From: Bacilli bacterium
GTDB taxonomy: Bacteria; Bacillota_I; Bacilli_A; ML615J-28; CAG-698
Length of the DNA stretch: 64,000 nucleotides
Assembly: GCA_028691515.1 (NCBI GenBank)
Contig: JAQUZE010000004.1
Location: 26,667 to 90,666, forward strand
Direction of reading: 5' to 3'
Below the pieces are notes generated by a model. That model was not told where the DNA came from. It searched no databases and saw only the letters and a program-made list of their open reading frames with translations. Within the stretch, counting starts at the first letter, position 1. Each line of letters opens with the position of its first letter. The position numbers and the translations under genes were made by a program. This document shows positions 9,146 to 18,100 of this stretch, in pieces.

Positions 9146-10075
9146 TTGAAAATCATATTTATGGGAACACCACAATTTGCAGTACCAATTTTAGAAAAAA
9201 TTAATAAAAAACACGACATTATTTTAGTTGTTACTCAGCCAGATAATTTAAATAGGAAGAAAATTATTTTTTCTCCAGTTAAGCAATTTGCAATTAATAA
9301 TAATTTACAAGTATTTCAACCTCAAAATATAAATATTGAAAATGAAATTTTATTTAAAGAGTCTGCTGATTTAATTGTTACTGCAGCTTATGGACAATTT
9401 ATTGGTCATAAAATACTTAATTTTCCTAAGTATGGTTGTATTAATGTTCATGGATCAATTCTTCCAAAATATAGAGGAGGGGCTCCTATTCAAAGATCAA
9501 TCATTAATGGTGATAAAAAGTCTGGAATTACAATTTTATATATGGATAAAAAAATGGATGCAGGCGATATTATTACTCAAAGAGAGATTGAAATTAATGA
9601 TCTTGATACTCAAGATTCATTGTTTAATAAACTTTCAATACTTGGTAGTGAATTAATTCTAGATGTTATTAGCAATATAGAACATGGTAATATCATAAGA
9701 GTAAAACAAGATGAATCAAAAGTTTCTTTTGCATATAACTTAACTAGTAAAGATTTAATAATTGACTTTAATAGAAGTGCATTAGATATTTATAATCAAA
9801 TAAGAGGTTTGAATAGTAATCCAGGAGCATATTTTGTTCATAAAGGTAAGATATATAAAATTTATGCTTCTAAATTAAGTGATTTGAAACATAATAGAAA
9901 AAGTGGTACAATATTAAATGCAGATAAAAATAATTTAATTATTGCTTGTGACAATGGAAGTAGTATTTCTATTTTAGAAATACAACCAGAATCTAAAAGG
10001 AAAATGAATATCAAAAGCTTCCTTAATGGTAATGGTAGAAATTTTTTTATTAAAAATGAAATAATAGGAGAATAA
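9146..10075 (+). CDS. fmt: methionyl-tRNA formyltransferase
   Basis: The N-terminus MKIIFMGTPQFAVPILEKI is present. A formyltransferase core is present (HGSILPKYRGGAPIQRSIINGD). Length is 309 aa. Confidence 0.9.
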   Translation: MKIIFMGTPQFAVPILEKINKKHDIILVVTQPDNLNRKKIIFSPVKQFAINNNLQVFQPQNINIENEILFKESADLIVTAAYGQFIGHKILNFPKYGCINVHGSILPKYRGGAPIQRSIINGDKKSGITILYMDKKMDAGDIITQREIEINDLDTQDSLFNKLSILGSELILDVISNIEHGNIIRVKQDESKVSFAYNLTSKDLIIDFNRSALDIYNQIRGLNSNPGAYFVHKGKIYKIYASKLSDLKHNRKSGTILNADKNNLIIACDNGSSISILEIQPESKRKMNIKSFLNGNGRNFFIKNEIIGE

Positions 10076-10076
10076 T

Positions 10077-10634
10077 ATGGTTAATAAATTAATATTTTCA
10101 AGAGAAGAAATGTTCAAATTAAATCGTGATAAATTAAGATCACGAGGTGTGGAAATTGAAGATATTGCAAAGATCGCTTTCTTTCAACAATCCAAGTACA
10201 ATAAAGATATTTCAATGAGTACTTGTATAGAAAGTGTTGAAAAAATTTTAACTTATAGAGATATTTTTCATATTGTGCAATTAAGTATTGATATAGATAT
10301 ATTGACCGAAAAAAAGATGTTTTCTGCTCCAATACAAAATATTATGGAAGCTGATTTAGGCATGTTTGGAATTGATGAAATATTAGGATTAAATATTGCG
10401 GCAAATTATGGCGTTATTGGACAGACAAATTTTGGAGATATTGATGTAAATAAACCAGGAATTGTAAAAGATTTAAATGATCACGGGAAATTAGGGTCAA
10501 AAAATTGTCACACTTTTCTAGATGATGTTGTGGGGGCAATTGCGGCTGCTGCTAGCACTAGGGTTGCTCAAATTCAAAGCGAAGAACAAGCAGAAAAAAA
10601 TCCTAATGTAACTTATATAAAATTAGATATATAA
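10077..10634 (+). CDS. hypothetical cytosolic protein, possibly PgpA-family (YutG-like)
   Basis: The 185-aa protein has no TM segments. Its C-terminal motif NCHTFLDDVVGAIAAAASTRVAQ resembles the conserved tail of the phosphatidylglycerophosphatase A family. This is recalled from memory and not verified. Confidence 0.35.
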   Translation: MVNKLIFSREEMFKLNRDKLRSRGVEIEDIAKIAFFQQSKYNKDISMSTCIESVEKILTYRDIFHIVQLSIDIDILTEKKMFSAPIQNIMEADLGMFGIDEILGLNIAANYGVIGQTNFGDIDVNKPGIVKDLNDHGKLGSKNCHTFLDDVVGAIAAAASTRVAQIQSEEQAEKNPNVTYIKLDI

Positions 10635-10640
10635 ATTAAA

Positions 10641-10666
10641 AATGTCAGTTTAACTGACATTTTTTA
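10641..10666. terminator. bidirectional terminator between convergent genes
   Basis: The hairpin is AATGTCAG-tttaa-CTGACATT, followed by TTTT. Confidence 0.7.
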
Positions 10667-10667
10667 A

Positions 10668-11339
10668 TTAATTATTTATTAATTTTTGAAAAGCATCAAA
10701 TATAATTTTACTTACTTTATCATCTATATGTATTTCAGGATGCCACTGAATTCCAATAATTGGTAATGATTCATGAATTATGGCTTCATTAGTTCCATCT
10801 AAGTGTTTAGCAATTTCTATAAATCCTGGAGCAATTTGTTTAACTGCTTGATGATGATAACTATTTGTTTCAATAACCTTCTCAAATTTCAACAATCTAT
10901 TTTTTACTGTTACAACTTCATGATTTTTTGCGATACTTTTGTGTGAATCACCTATATCTTGTATTAAAGAACCACCTAAAAAAACATTGATTGCTTGATG
11001 TCCTCGACATATTCCTAAAAGTGGTTTCTTATTTTCAAATGCATGTTCAACAATTTGTTTATCTAATAAATCAAGAGATGAATTAACATTTTTGGACTTC
11101 CCATTATTTTCTTCTCCGAAATATTCTGGGTTAATATCAGAACCACCTGTTATAAGAAAAGCATCACATAGTTTTAAAAGATCTTCTACATCTTCATTAT
11201 CTAAAGTGATCATTAATACTTGGAAACCTCTATCTACAAGAGGGTTAACATATCTACGATTTACAAATTCTTTTTCCACATTTTCAACTGTTACTAAACG
11301 TGGAGTAATTCCTATAATTTTTTTCATAAAACTCTCCAT
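10668..11339 (-). CDS. class I glutamine amidotransferase-like hydrolase (gamma-glutamyl-GABA hydrolase/peptidase C26 family)
   Basis: The catalytic triad context is present (LLGICRGHQ, NSYHHQAV, QWHPE). Length is 223 aa. Confidence 0.75.
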   Translation of the reverse strand: MESFMKKIIGITPRLVTVENVEKEFVNRRYVNPLVDRGFQVLMITLDNEDVEDLLKLCDAFLITGGSDINPEYFGEENNGKSKNVNSSLDLLDKQIVEHAFENKKPLLGICRGHQAINVFLGGSLIQDIGDSHKSIAKNHEVVTVKNRLLKFEKVIETNSYHHQAVKQIAPGFIEIAKHLDGTNEAIIHESLPIIGIQWHPEIHIDDKVSKIIFDAFQKLINN

Positions 11340-11439
11340 TTCTTTGTTATTTTAATATAAAAGAAAGAAAAACTCAAGTAAAACAATATCTATATTATTT
11401 GTAGAAATTATATGATATAATTGTTGAAGGTGATAATGA

Positions 11440-12624
11440 ATGGAATCTTTAAAAGAATTATACAAGATTGGGAGAGGACCTTCTAGTTCTCATACAATGG
11501 GTCCAGTTAAGGCGGCTGAAAATTTTCTTAAAAAAAATATGAATGCTGATAAATTTAAAGTTGAATTATACGGTTCTCTTGCCTTTACTGGAAAAGGACA
11601 TTTAACTGATGTTGCTTTGAGACAAATTTTAGGCGAAGAGACAATAATTGAATTTCATTATGAAATAATTTATACATATCACACTAACGGTATGAAATTT
11701 TTTGCATACCTTAAAGATGAAATAATTGATGAATGGCTTGTTTTTTCTATTGGAGGAGGATCTTTAAAAGAACTTGATGAGCCTAGAAATTTTAATAAAG
11801 ATAATCTTTATAAAGAGACTTCTATGCAAGAAATATTAGATTATTGTAGTATAAATAAACTTAATTTATTAGAATATATTCTTAAAAATGAGGACAACAC
11901 CTTTATAACTTATATGGAAAAGATTGTTAAGCAAATGTTTGCTACGGTTGAAGAAGGTTTATCTAAAGAGGAAGTGTTACCTGGAAAATTGCAAGTTAAG
12001 CGAAAAGCAAAAAAATATTATGAAAATTATTTAATACACAAATTGTTTTCATCACTAGTTTTTGCAAATGCCCTAGCGGCTTCTGAAGAAAATGCAAGTG
12101 GAGGAATAATTGTTATTGCTCCTACGTGTGGTTCAAGTGGGGTTATGCCTGGAGTTATGAAGTCATTTTATGATGAAAAAAAATATTCTTTTAAACAAAT
12201 AGTTGATGCGGTTATTGTGGGTGGTCTAATTGGCAATTTGGTCAAAAGTAATGCATCTATTTCTGGTGCTGAAGTTGGATGTCAAGGTGAAGTAGGCACA
12301 GCTTGTGCTATGACAGCTGCAGCACTTGCTTTTTTAAAAGGGGGAACAAATTCTCAAATAGAGTATGCTGCAGAAATCGCACTAGAACATCATTTAGGAA
12401 TGACGTGTGATCCAATTTTAGGTTATGTACAAATTCCATGTATTGAAAGGAATGCTATTTCTGCAATGAGAGCAATTGATTCCGCTAATTATTCTTTATT
12501 AGGAGATGGAAAGCATTTAATTACTTTGGATATGGTAATTGCTTCATTAAAAGAAACTGGTGCTGATATGCATGTTAATTACAGAGAGACAAGTTTAGGT
12601 GGACTTGCTAAACATATTAAATAA
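11440..12624 (+). CDS. sdaA: L-serine dehydratase, iron-sulfur dependent (fused beta+alpha single chain)
   Basis: The N-terminal beta-domain motif GRGPSSSHTMGPVKAAENF is present. The alpha-domain motifs GAEVGCQGEVGTACAMTAAAL and MTCDP are present. Confidence 0.8.
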   Translation: MESLKELYKIGRGPSSSHTMGPVKAAENFLKKNMNADKFKVELYGSLAFTGKGHLTDVALRQILGEETIIEFHYEIIYTYHTNGMKFFAYLKDEIIDEWLVFSIGGGSLKELDEPRNFNKDNLYKETSMQEILDYCSINKLNLLEYILKNEDNTFITYMEKIVKQMFATVEEGLSKEEVLPGKLQVKRKAKKYYENYLIHKLFSSLVFANALAASEENASGGIIVIAPTCGSSGVMPGVMKSFYDEKKYSFKQIVDAVIVGGLIGNLVKSNASISGAEVGCQGEVGTACAMTAAALAFLKGGTNSQIEYAAEIALEHHLGMTCDPILGYVQIPCIERNAISAMRAIDSANYSLLGDGKHLITLDMVIASLKETGADMHVNYRETSLGGLAKHIK

Positions 12625-12626
12625 AA

Positions 12627-12655
12627 AAAGCTAACTTTATGTTAGCTTTTATTTT
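12627..12655. terminator. bidirectional terminator between sdaA (+) and coaD (-)
   Basis: The hairpin is AAAGCTAAC-tttat-GTTAGCTTT, flanked by A-run and T-run. Confidence 0.7.
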
Positions 12656-13134
12656 CTTTCTTTAATTATTTTAACTGCAAATTCTAGAATTTTTTTTGGT
12701 AAGTATTCTGATACATCAGCATCAAAAATAATTAACTCTTTAATTGCTGAACTAGATAAGAATAAATTGTTCATTGTTGGAAACAAAAAGAATGTATCAA
12801 TATTTTCATTAATTGTTCTATTAAATTGAAATCTTGTCATTTCATCATCGTAATCAGAAATATTTCTTAAACCCCTAATAATTATCTTTGCATTTTTTTC
12901 TTTCGCATAATTAATCATTAATTTTTCACTTAATTCACAATGAACATTTTTAAGATGTGAAGTTACTTTTTTCATCATATATAAACGTTCTTCATCAGTA
13001 AAAGTATATTTTTTATTTGGGTTTAAAGATATCAAAACATAAACTTCATCAAATGATTGTGCTATTCTTTCAATAATATTTAAATGTCCATTTGAAACTG
13101 GATCAAAAGATCCTGGATATACACATATTTTCAT
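12649..13134 (-). CDS. coaD: phosphopantetheine adenylyltransferase
   Basis: The N-terminus MKICVYPGSFDPVSNGHLNIIERI is the classic CoaD (T/H)xGH nucleotidyltransferase motif. Length is 161 aa. Confidence 0.9.
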   Translation of the reverse strand: MKICVYPGSFDPVSNGHLNIIERIAQSFDEVYVLISLNPNKKYTFTDEERLYMMKKVTSHLKNVHCELSEKLMINYAKEKNAKIIIRGLRNISDYDDEMTRFQFNRTINENIDTFFLFPTMNNLFLSSSAIKELIIFDADVSEYLPKKILEFAVKIIKERK

Positions 13135-13282
13135 AAATAATACCTCTAGTAAATTATATTATAAATTATCATCTTTTGCAAGTGATAGAAGTAATAATAC
13201 ATTTATATAAATATTTTTAGATTGTTATTATTTTGACATTTATATAATTTTAGTGTAGTATAATAATTATATAGGTGGAAAA

Positions 13283-15001
13283 ATGAGAACAAAAGATATT
13301 ATTTTTAATACATTAAAAAACAGTAAAACTTTAATTGCTACACTTGTAATTTATATGATATTATCAACTGTTTTTCTAATTGGGTTTCCATTGATTGGTT
13401 GGAAGTTGCTTGAAGTTGCTGATACTTTAGAAGTTAATAGTATATGGCTTATATTATTTTCTTTATCTGCTTTATTGTTTTTTATATTTGATAATTTAAG
13501 AGTGAAAACTAATGTAATTTTATGTACTAAAGTAAATAATAATTTACAAAATGTGTTATATAAAACTGCTCTAAATGGCGATTTTCGAGATTTAGAAAAA
13601 CTTGATGATGCTTATCTAACAAAAAATATTATTATAAACACTAAAAAAATTACTTTAGATTATATGGAAAACAACATTATAGTTTTTATTAATGAAATTT
13701 TAGTGATTATTGCAATTTTTATTGCTGCTTTTAGTGTCCATGCAATTTTTGCTGCAATATTGCTGGCATCTTTACCAATTATTTATATAATATTAAAAGC
13801 ATTTGTAAAATTTTCTGATAAATTTTATGATAAAAAAATGCATACTGAAAAAGAAAGAATTTCTGAAATATCAAATAAAATTAAAAATATTAAAAACATT
13901 AAAATAAGAAATGGAATTCAAAAAGAAGAAAGTATTTTTAGTGAAGAACTAAAGAAATATTCAAAAAGTCATAAGAAAAATGAAATTTTAAATTTTATGA
14001 GTAATAAGAGTATGAGAACATTATTAAGTGCAGTGTTAATGGTTACTTTTATTTCTCTTGGAATTATTTTGATGAAGAATCAACATAATTGGGATTTGGG
14101 AATTAGACCTACTGGAGTTAGAGATATTTTACTTTTTGTGTTACTGACACCTATTGCGTATGCTTCTTTCAATAAAATTACTAGTTGTCATTTATCACCT
14201 TCACAAATTAGTGATGAATTAGACGAGATTGATCAATTTTTATTAATTAGAAGTGAAACAAAAGAAGGTCAAGTTGATCATTTTGATGATGTAAGGATAT
14301 TGTCATTTGAAAATGTTTCATATTCTTCTGATAAAGCTAATTTTTCTAATATTAGTTTTGAAGTTAAAAAAAATCAAAAAATTGCGCTATTTATAGAATC
14401 AAATAATATTAATGAAGTTTTAACTAATTTAGTTAATAAACTTGAAAAACCTCAATATGGCTCAATTAGTATTAATGATTGTGATTTTAATCGAATAGAT
14501 ACAAATTATTTAAGAGGATTAATTAGTGAAATTATTCCGGAAAGTAAATTAACAAAAAACAGCATAAGAGATAATATTATTTACCCATTTGAATTTGATG
14601 AGTATCAATATAATGATGTATTAAATAAATGTTTATTGAAAGAAACCATTAATCGTTTTGAGAAAAAAGATAATACAATTATAGATAAAGAAACTGATCT
14701 TTCCGAAGATGAAAAATTACGATTAATTTGGGCTGGTGCATTATATCGTGATGGTAAAGTTATTTTAATTGATGATACTAATATATCTATTAGTGAAACT
14801 AAATATAGTTTGATTAAAGAAACATTAAAACTTAAAAATAGAATTTTTATTTTTATTACTAAAGATATTGATGTTATAAAAAATTGTGACAAAGTAGTAA
14901 TTTTTAAAGATAATATAATTGTTGAATCAGGAGATACACAAGATTTGTTGAATGATAAAAAATCAATAATTTCGAGTATGATAAAAAAGAAGAATAGATA
15001 A
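13283..15001 (+). CDS. ABC exporter-type half transporter with degenerate (non-catalytic) nucleotide-binding domain
   Basis: The N-terminal ~300 aa has about six predicted TM helices (type I exporter TMD). The C-terminal NBD fold is recognisable but Walker A is absent (KIALFIESNNINEV). The signature is LSEDE instead of LSGGQ. Walker B is ILIDD. The H-loop His is absent. Confidence 0.65.
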   Translation: MRTKDIIFNTLKNSKTLIATLVIYMILSTVFLIGFPLIGWKLLEVADTLEVNSIWLILFSLSALLFFIFDNLRVKTNVILCTKVNNNLQNVLYKTALNGDFRDLEKLDDAYLTKNIIINTKKITLDYMENNIIVFINEILVIIAIFIAAFSVHAIFAAILLASLPIIYIILKAFVKFSDKFYDKKMHTEKERISEISNKIKNIKNIKIRNGIQKEESIFSEELKKYSKSHKKNEILNFMSNKSMRTLLSAVLMVTFISLGIILMKNQHNWDLGIRPTGVRDILLFVLLTPIAYASFNKITSCHLSPSQISDELDEIDQFLLIRSETKEGQVDHFDDVRILSFENVSYSSDKANFSNISFEVKKNQKIALFIESNNINEVLTNLVNKLEKPQYGSISINDCDFNRIDTNYLRGLISEIIPESKLTKNSIRDNIIYPFEFDEYQYNDVLNKCLLKETINRFEKKDNTIIDKETDLSEDEKLRLIWAGALYRDGKVILIDDTNISISETKYSLIKETLKLKNRIFIFITKDIDVIKNCDKVVIFKDNIIVESGDTQDLLNDKKSIISSMIKKKNR

Positions 15002-15015
15002 TTATAGTATTTGAA

Positions 15016-15050
15016 GGTATTATTCATAAAAATAATACCTTTTTTTATTT
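15016..15050 (+). terminator. Rho-independent terminator after the ABC gene
   Basis: The hairpin is GGTATTATT-cataaaa-AATAATACC, followed by TTTTTTTATTT. Confidence 0.7.
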
Positions 15051-15087
15051 AAAAATATGTAAATATATTTAATTCCAAAAAAAATAA

Positions 15088-15096
15088 TGTTATAAT
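15088..15096 (+). promoter_or_regulatory. extended -10 promoter element upstream of the giant CvpA-fused gene
   Basis: The element is TGTTATAAT (TGn + TATAAT), about 26 nt upstream of the ATG at 15122. The RBS-like AAGGGACGGG follows it. Confidence 0.4.
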
Positions 15097-15121
15097 AAAG
15101 CAGAAAGGGACGGGATTTATT

Positions 15122-18100
15122 ATGGATATACCTAATGTAGAATCATTATTTTTATATTTTAATATAGCGATGGTCGTTTTTTTGGTATTGGGAGCATTAT
15201 TTGGTTTTTTAAAAGGATTTTTTAAGTCAACATATAATTTGGCTGTTTTTGTGGGGTTATTGATAATAGGAATTATTATTAGTCCAATTTTTGTAAAAAT
15301 AATTTTAAATTTTGATATTTCAAGTGTAGTTGACGTTGATTATGATGGTGTTATAATTACTAGCCTCAGTGCATCAATTACTCCAATTGCTGAAAAAATT
15401 ATGCCTGAGTTAGCAGGAAAAGTTGTACCGGGGACAGAAATGTATGAATTGGTTTATCAATTAATGGTAACTATTTCAAGATTGATTTTTATTATAGTTT
15501 GGTATTTTTTAACAATTTCAATTTTTAAATTTATAAGTTGGATTGTTTACTTAATAATTCGCCCCCGAAAGAAAAATAGAAAAAAGAAAACATTAAATTC
15601 TCGTTTGCTTGGTATGGGTATTGGATTTGTACATGTAGTTGTAGTTATGTTTATTATTAGTATTCCAATGGGTGGAATTACATCTCTTGCTGCAAGTGCA
15701 CAAAACTTGATTCCATCAAATGACGAAGGGGACCTAGCTTTTTTTGAAGAAGAAACACCTTTAATAGATCTTGCATCTGGTGATTCAGATGAATTAATGA
15801 CATTAATGATTGATTTCTCTAAAAAACTATCTAAGGATTATCGAAAAACAGTAATTGGTGGAATTAGTGGTTTTATCAAGATTGATGGAGAAGGTTTGGA
15901 CGAAAGATTTTTCTCATCATTGTTCTCAGTAAAATATAATAAACAAAATATAAGATTAACTTCAGAGTTAAAAAAAGGTTTGTCAATTTATAGCTTAATT
16001 GAGGAAAAAATTGATGAAGAAATTTCTATTCAAGAAGTCTTGTCTTTAGATGAAGAAACACTTAATTATATTATTGATACAATTAAAGAGTTAAAAATTA
16101 TAAATATTATACCTCCTGTTGGGTTAGAGTTTGCATATTTAACAGGTGAACTAGATATGATAACTCAAGAAGATTACCAGGCAATTCTTACTGAAATAAA
16201 AGCTGTTAATTTTTCTAATGATATATCAAGTATTGCTGATGTAGGCGTTAAAGCTGGTAAATTAGGTCTTTTAGAAAAACAAGAAACTGATTACTATTTA
16301 AATTTAGATGTAGATAAAGTTAAAGAATTATTCATAGGTATCGGTTCTCTTGAATTACTAGATGCTATTGATTCATTTGCATTTGATTTACTTTTAAATA
16401 TGCCAGAAGTTAATGATGCATTAATTAATGCAAATATTGATCCAGAAGAAATTAATTTATCAAATGTTTCACTAGGAGATGAAGTTACAAATTTAGGTAA
16501 CATTTATGAAGCTTTTGTTGAAATGAAAATTGCCTATAATGATGAAACCCAAACTGTTAATTTAGAGTTAGTTTCAGATGATAGTATTAATTTGTTTTCT
16601 ACAGCAATTTATGAGTCATTATTATTTTCTCAAAATATTAATGTATTAACTAATATTTTAATTGAACAACTACCAGCTGAATATAGAGATGTTTTAACAA
16701 TAGATATAATTGAGCAAAATGATTTTGTTTCAATTTTATCTTTGGGAGTTATCCTTATTAAAACCAATATTTTATCAGAGGAATTTGATTTTACTGATTT
16801 GTTTGGTGAAGAGACTATGGATAAAATTGCAACACATATTTCTAATTCACATTTGTTAGCAGATAATATCAACGGAGTATTAGATATTATTTTAACTGAA
16901 GCCGATTTACCATTTAAAATAGATATACCGGAAGATTTAACTTGGTATGGTGATACAGGTAAAACAGAATTAAAGGCTTTATTGGGCTCTGCTCGTCAAT
17001 TATTTGAACTTGGTATTGCTGAAGAAAATTTTGTTGAAAATTTAAATTCAACAAATATTGAGGAACTTTCAGATGTTATGGATGATTCTGTAATATTAAT
17101 GCATAATATGAATAATTTACTTGATTTTGTAATTGGAGAATCTGGTATTAATGATACCGTTACAATTACAATTAGAGATATAGACTGGGAAAGCACAGAA
17201 GGAAAAGAAGAGTTTAGAAATATTTTAGGTTCTGTTGCACTAATATTTGAAGCTAAATTATTAGACAATCCTAATCTTGCTGAATTGTCTGATGGTACTA
17301 TTGATACAAATGAAGATGGAGTTATTAATGAAGATGATGATAATATTATTAATGACCTTGCAAAAAAATTATCTTCATCTATAATAATAAAAGATAATTT
17401 AAGTAGTATTATTGATCAATTAGTAACTACTGAAATTCCTGATTTAGAATTTGAAACATTTACTGATCCAGATGATTGGACAGAAACAGAATTAGATTCA
17501 ATTTTTAGATCAGTTAAAATTATTATCACAAAAGAGAATATTCCGGAAGATTTGTTTGCTTTATCTGAAAATGAAATAGATACTGTTTTGTCCTCAAGAC
17601 TTATTGGTCAAATTTTTGTTAAAACTATTGAAAAAGAAGCAGAAATTGGTGGTAGTTTACATGGGTTATTAATAGTCCAACGGGCTGAAGGTAATTGGTA
17701 TGATCAGTATCTTGGTGAAGTTAGAGTAGACGGGGAATTAAGAAAGTTAGTTAAATCAGCAAAAATATTATTAGGAGACAATCCGAATTTTGATGATCCT
17801 GATAATATTCTTGACATAAATGCTATTTTAGATTTGACAGATGCGAAATTAGATGAATTAACAAATTCAATAGTGTTAAAAGATTCAATTTCTAATCAAA
17901 TCATTGATTTAGGAAATGAAGAAATTATTGTTGTAAGTATTCCTCAATTTGATAATAGGTGGAACGATGAAATCCCTAATTTTATAAAAGGAATTAAAAC
18001 TATTGTTGGAGAAGAAGTTGATTTAGATAATTTAAATATTGATGTTAATAATATTAAAAATTTAACTGATGGTACGGTTGATCCAAGTGATGATGAAATA

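Noticed and set aside
9375-9656. 93-aa ORF in an alternative frame inside fmt, and similar embedded ORFs at 10114-10332, 11092-11355, 14605-15027, 22781-23032, 23677-23970, 24304-24528, 26615-26836, 31339-31665, 32979-33417, 34664-34900, 35658-35876, 40225-40467, 44784-44999, 50679-50888, 54333-54716, 55112-55294, 56317-56532, 59709-60041 and 63421-63615
   Set aside because: All are embedded in, or antisense to, confidently assigned genes. They lack RBSs and have compositionally biased translations.
13233-13264. Sigma-A promoter for the ABC gene (TTGACA ... TATAAT)
   Set aside because: TTGACA at 13233-13238 and the nearest TATAAT at 13259-13264 are separated by 20 nt. Alternative boxes give 4- or 14-nt spacers. 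No arrangement has canonical spacing, so it is not reported as a feature.
16294-17268. Three short minus-strand ORFs (69-90 aa) inside the giant CvpA-fused gene
   Set aside because: They are antisense to a well-supported long ORF in AT-rich DNA and have low-complexity sequence and no RBS.
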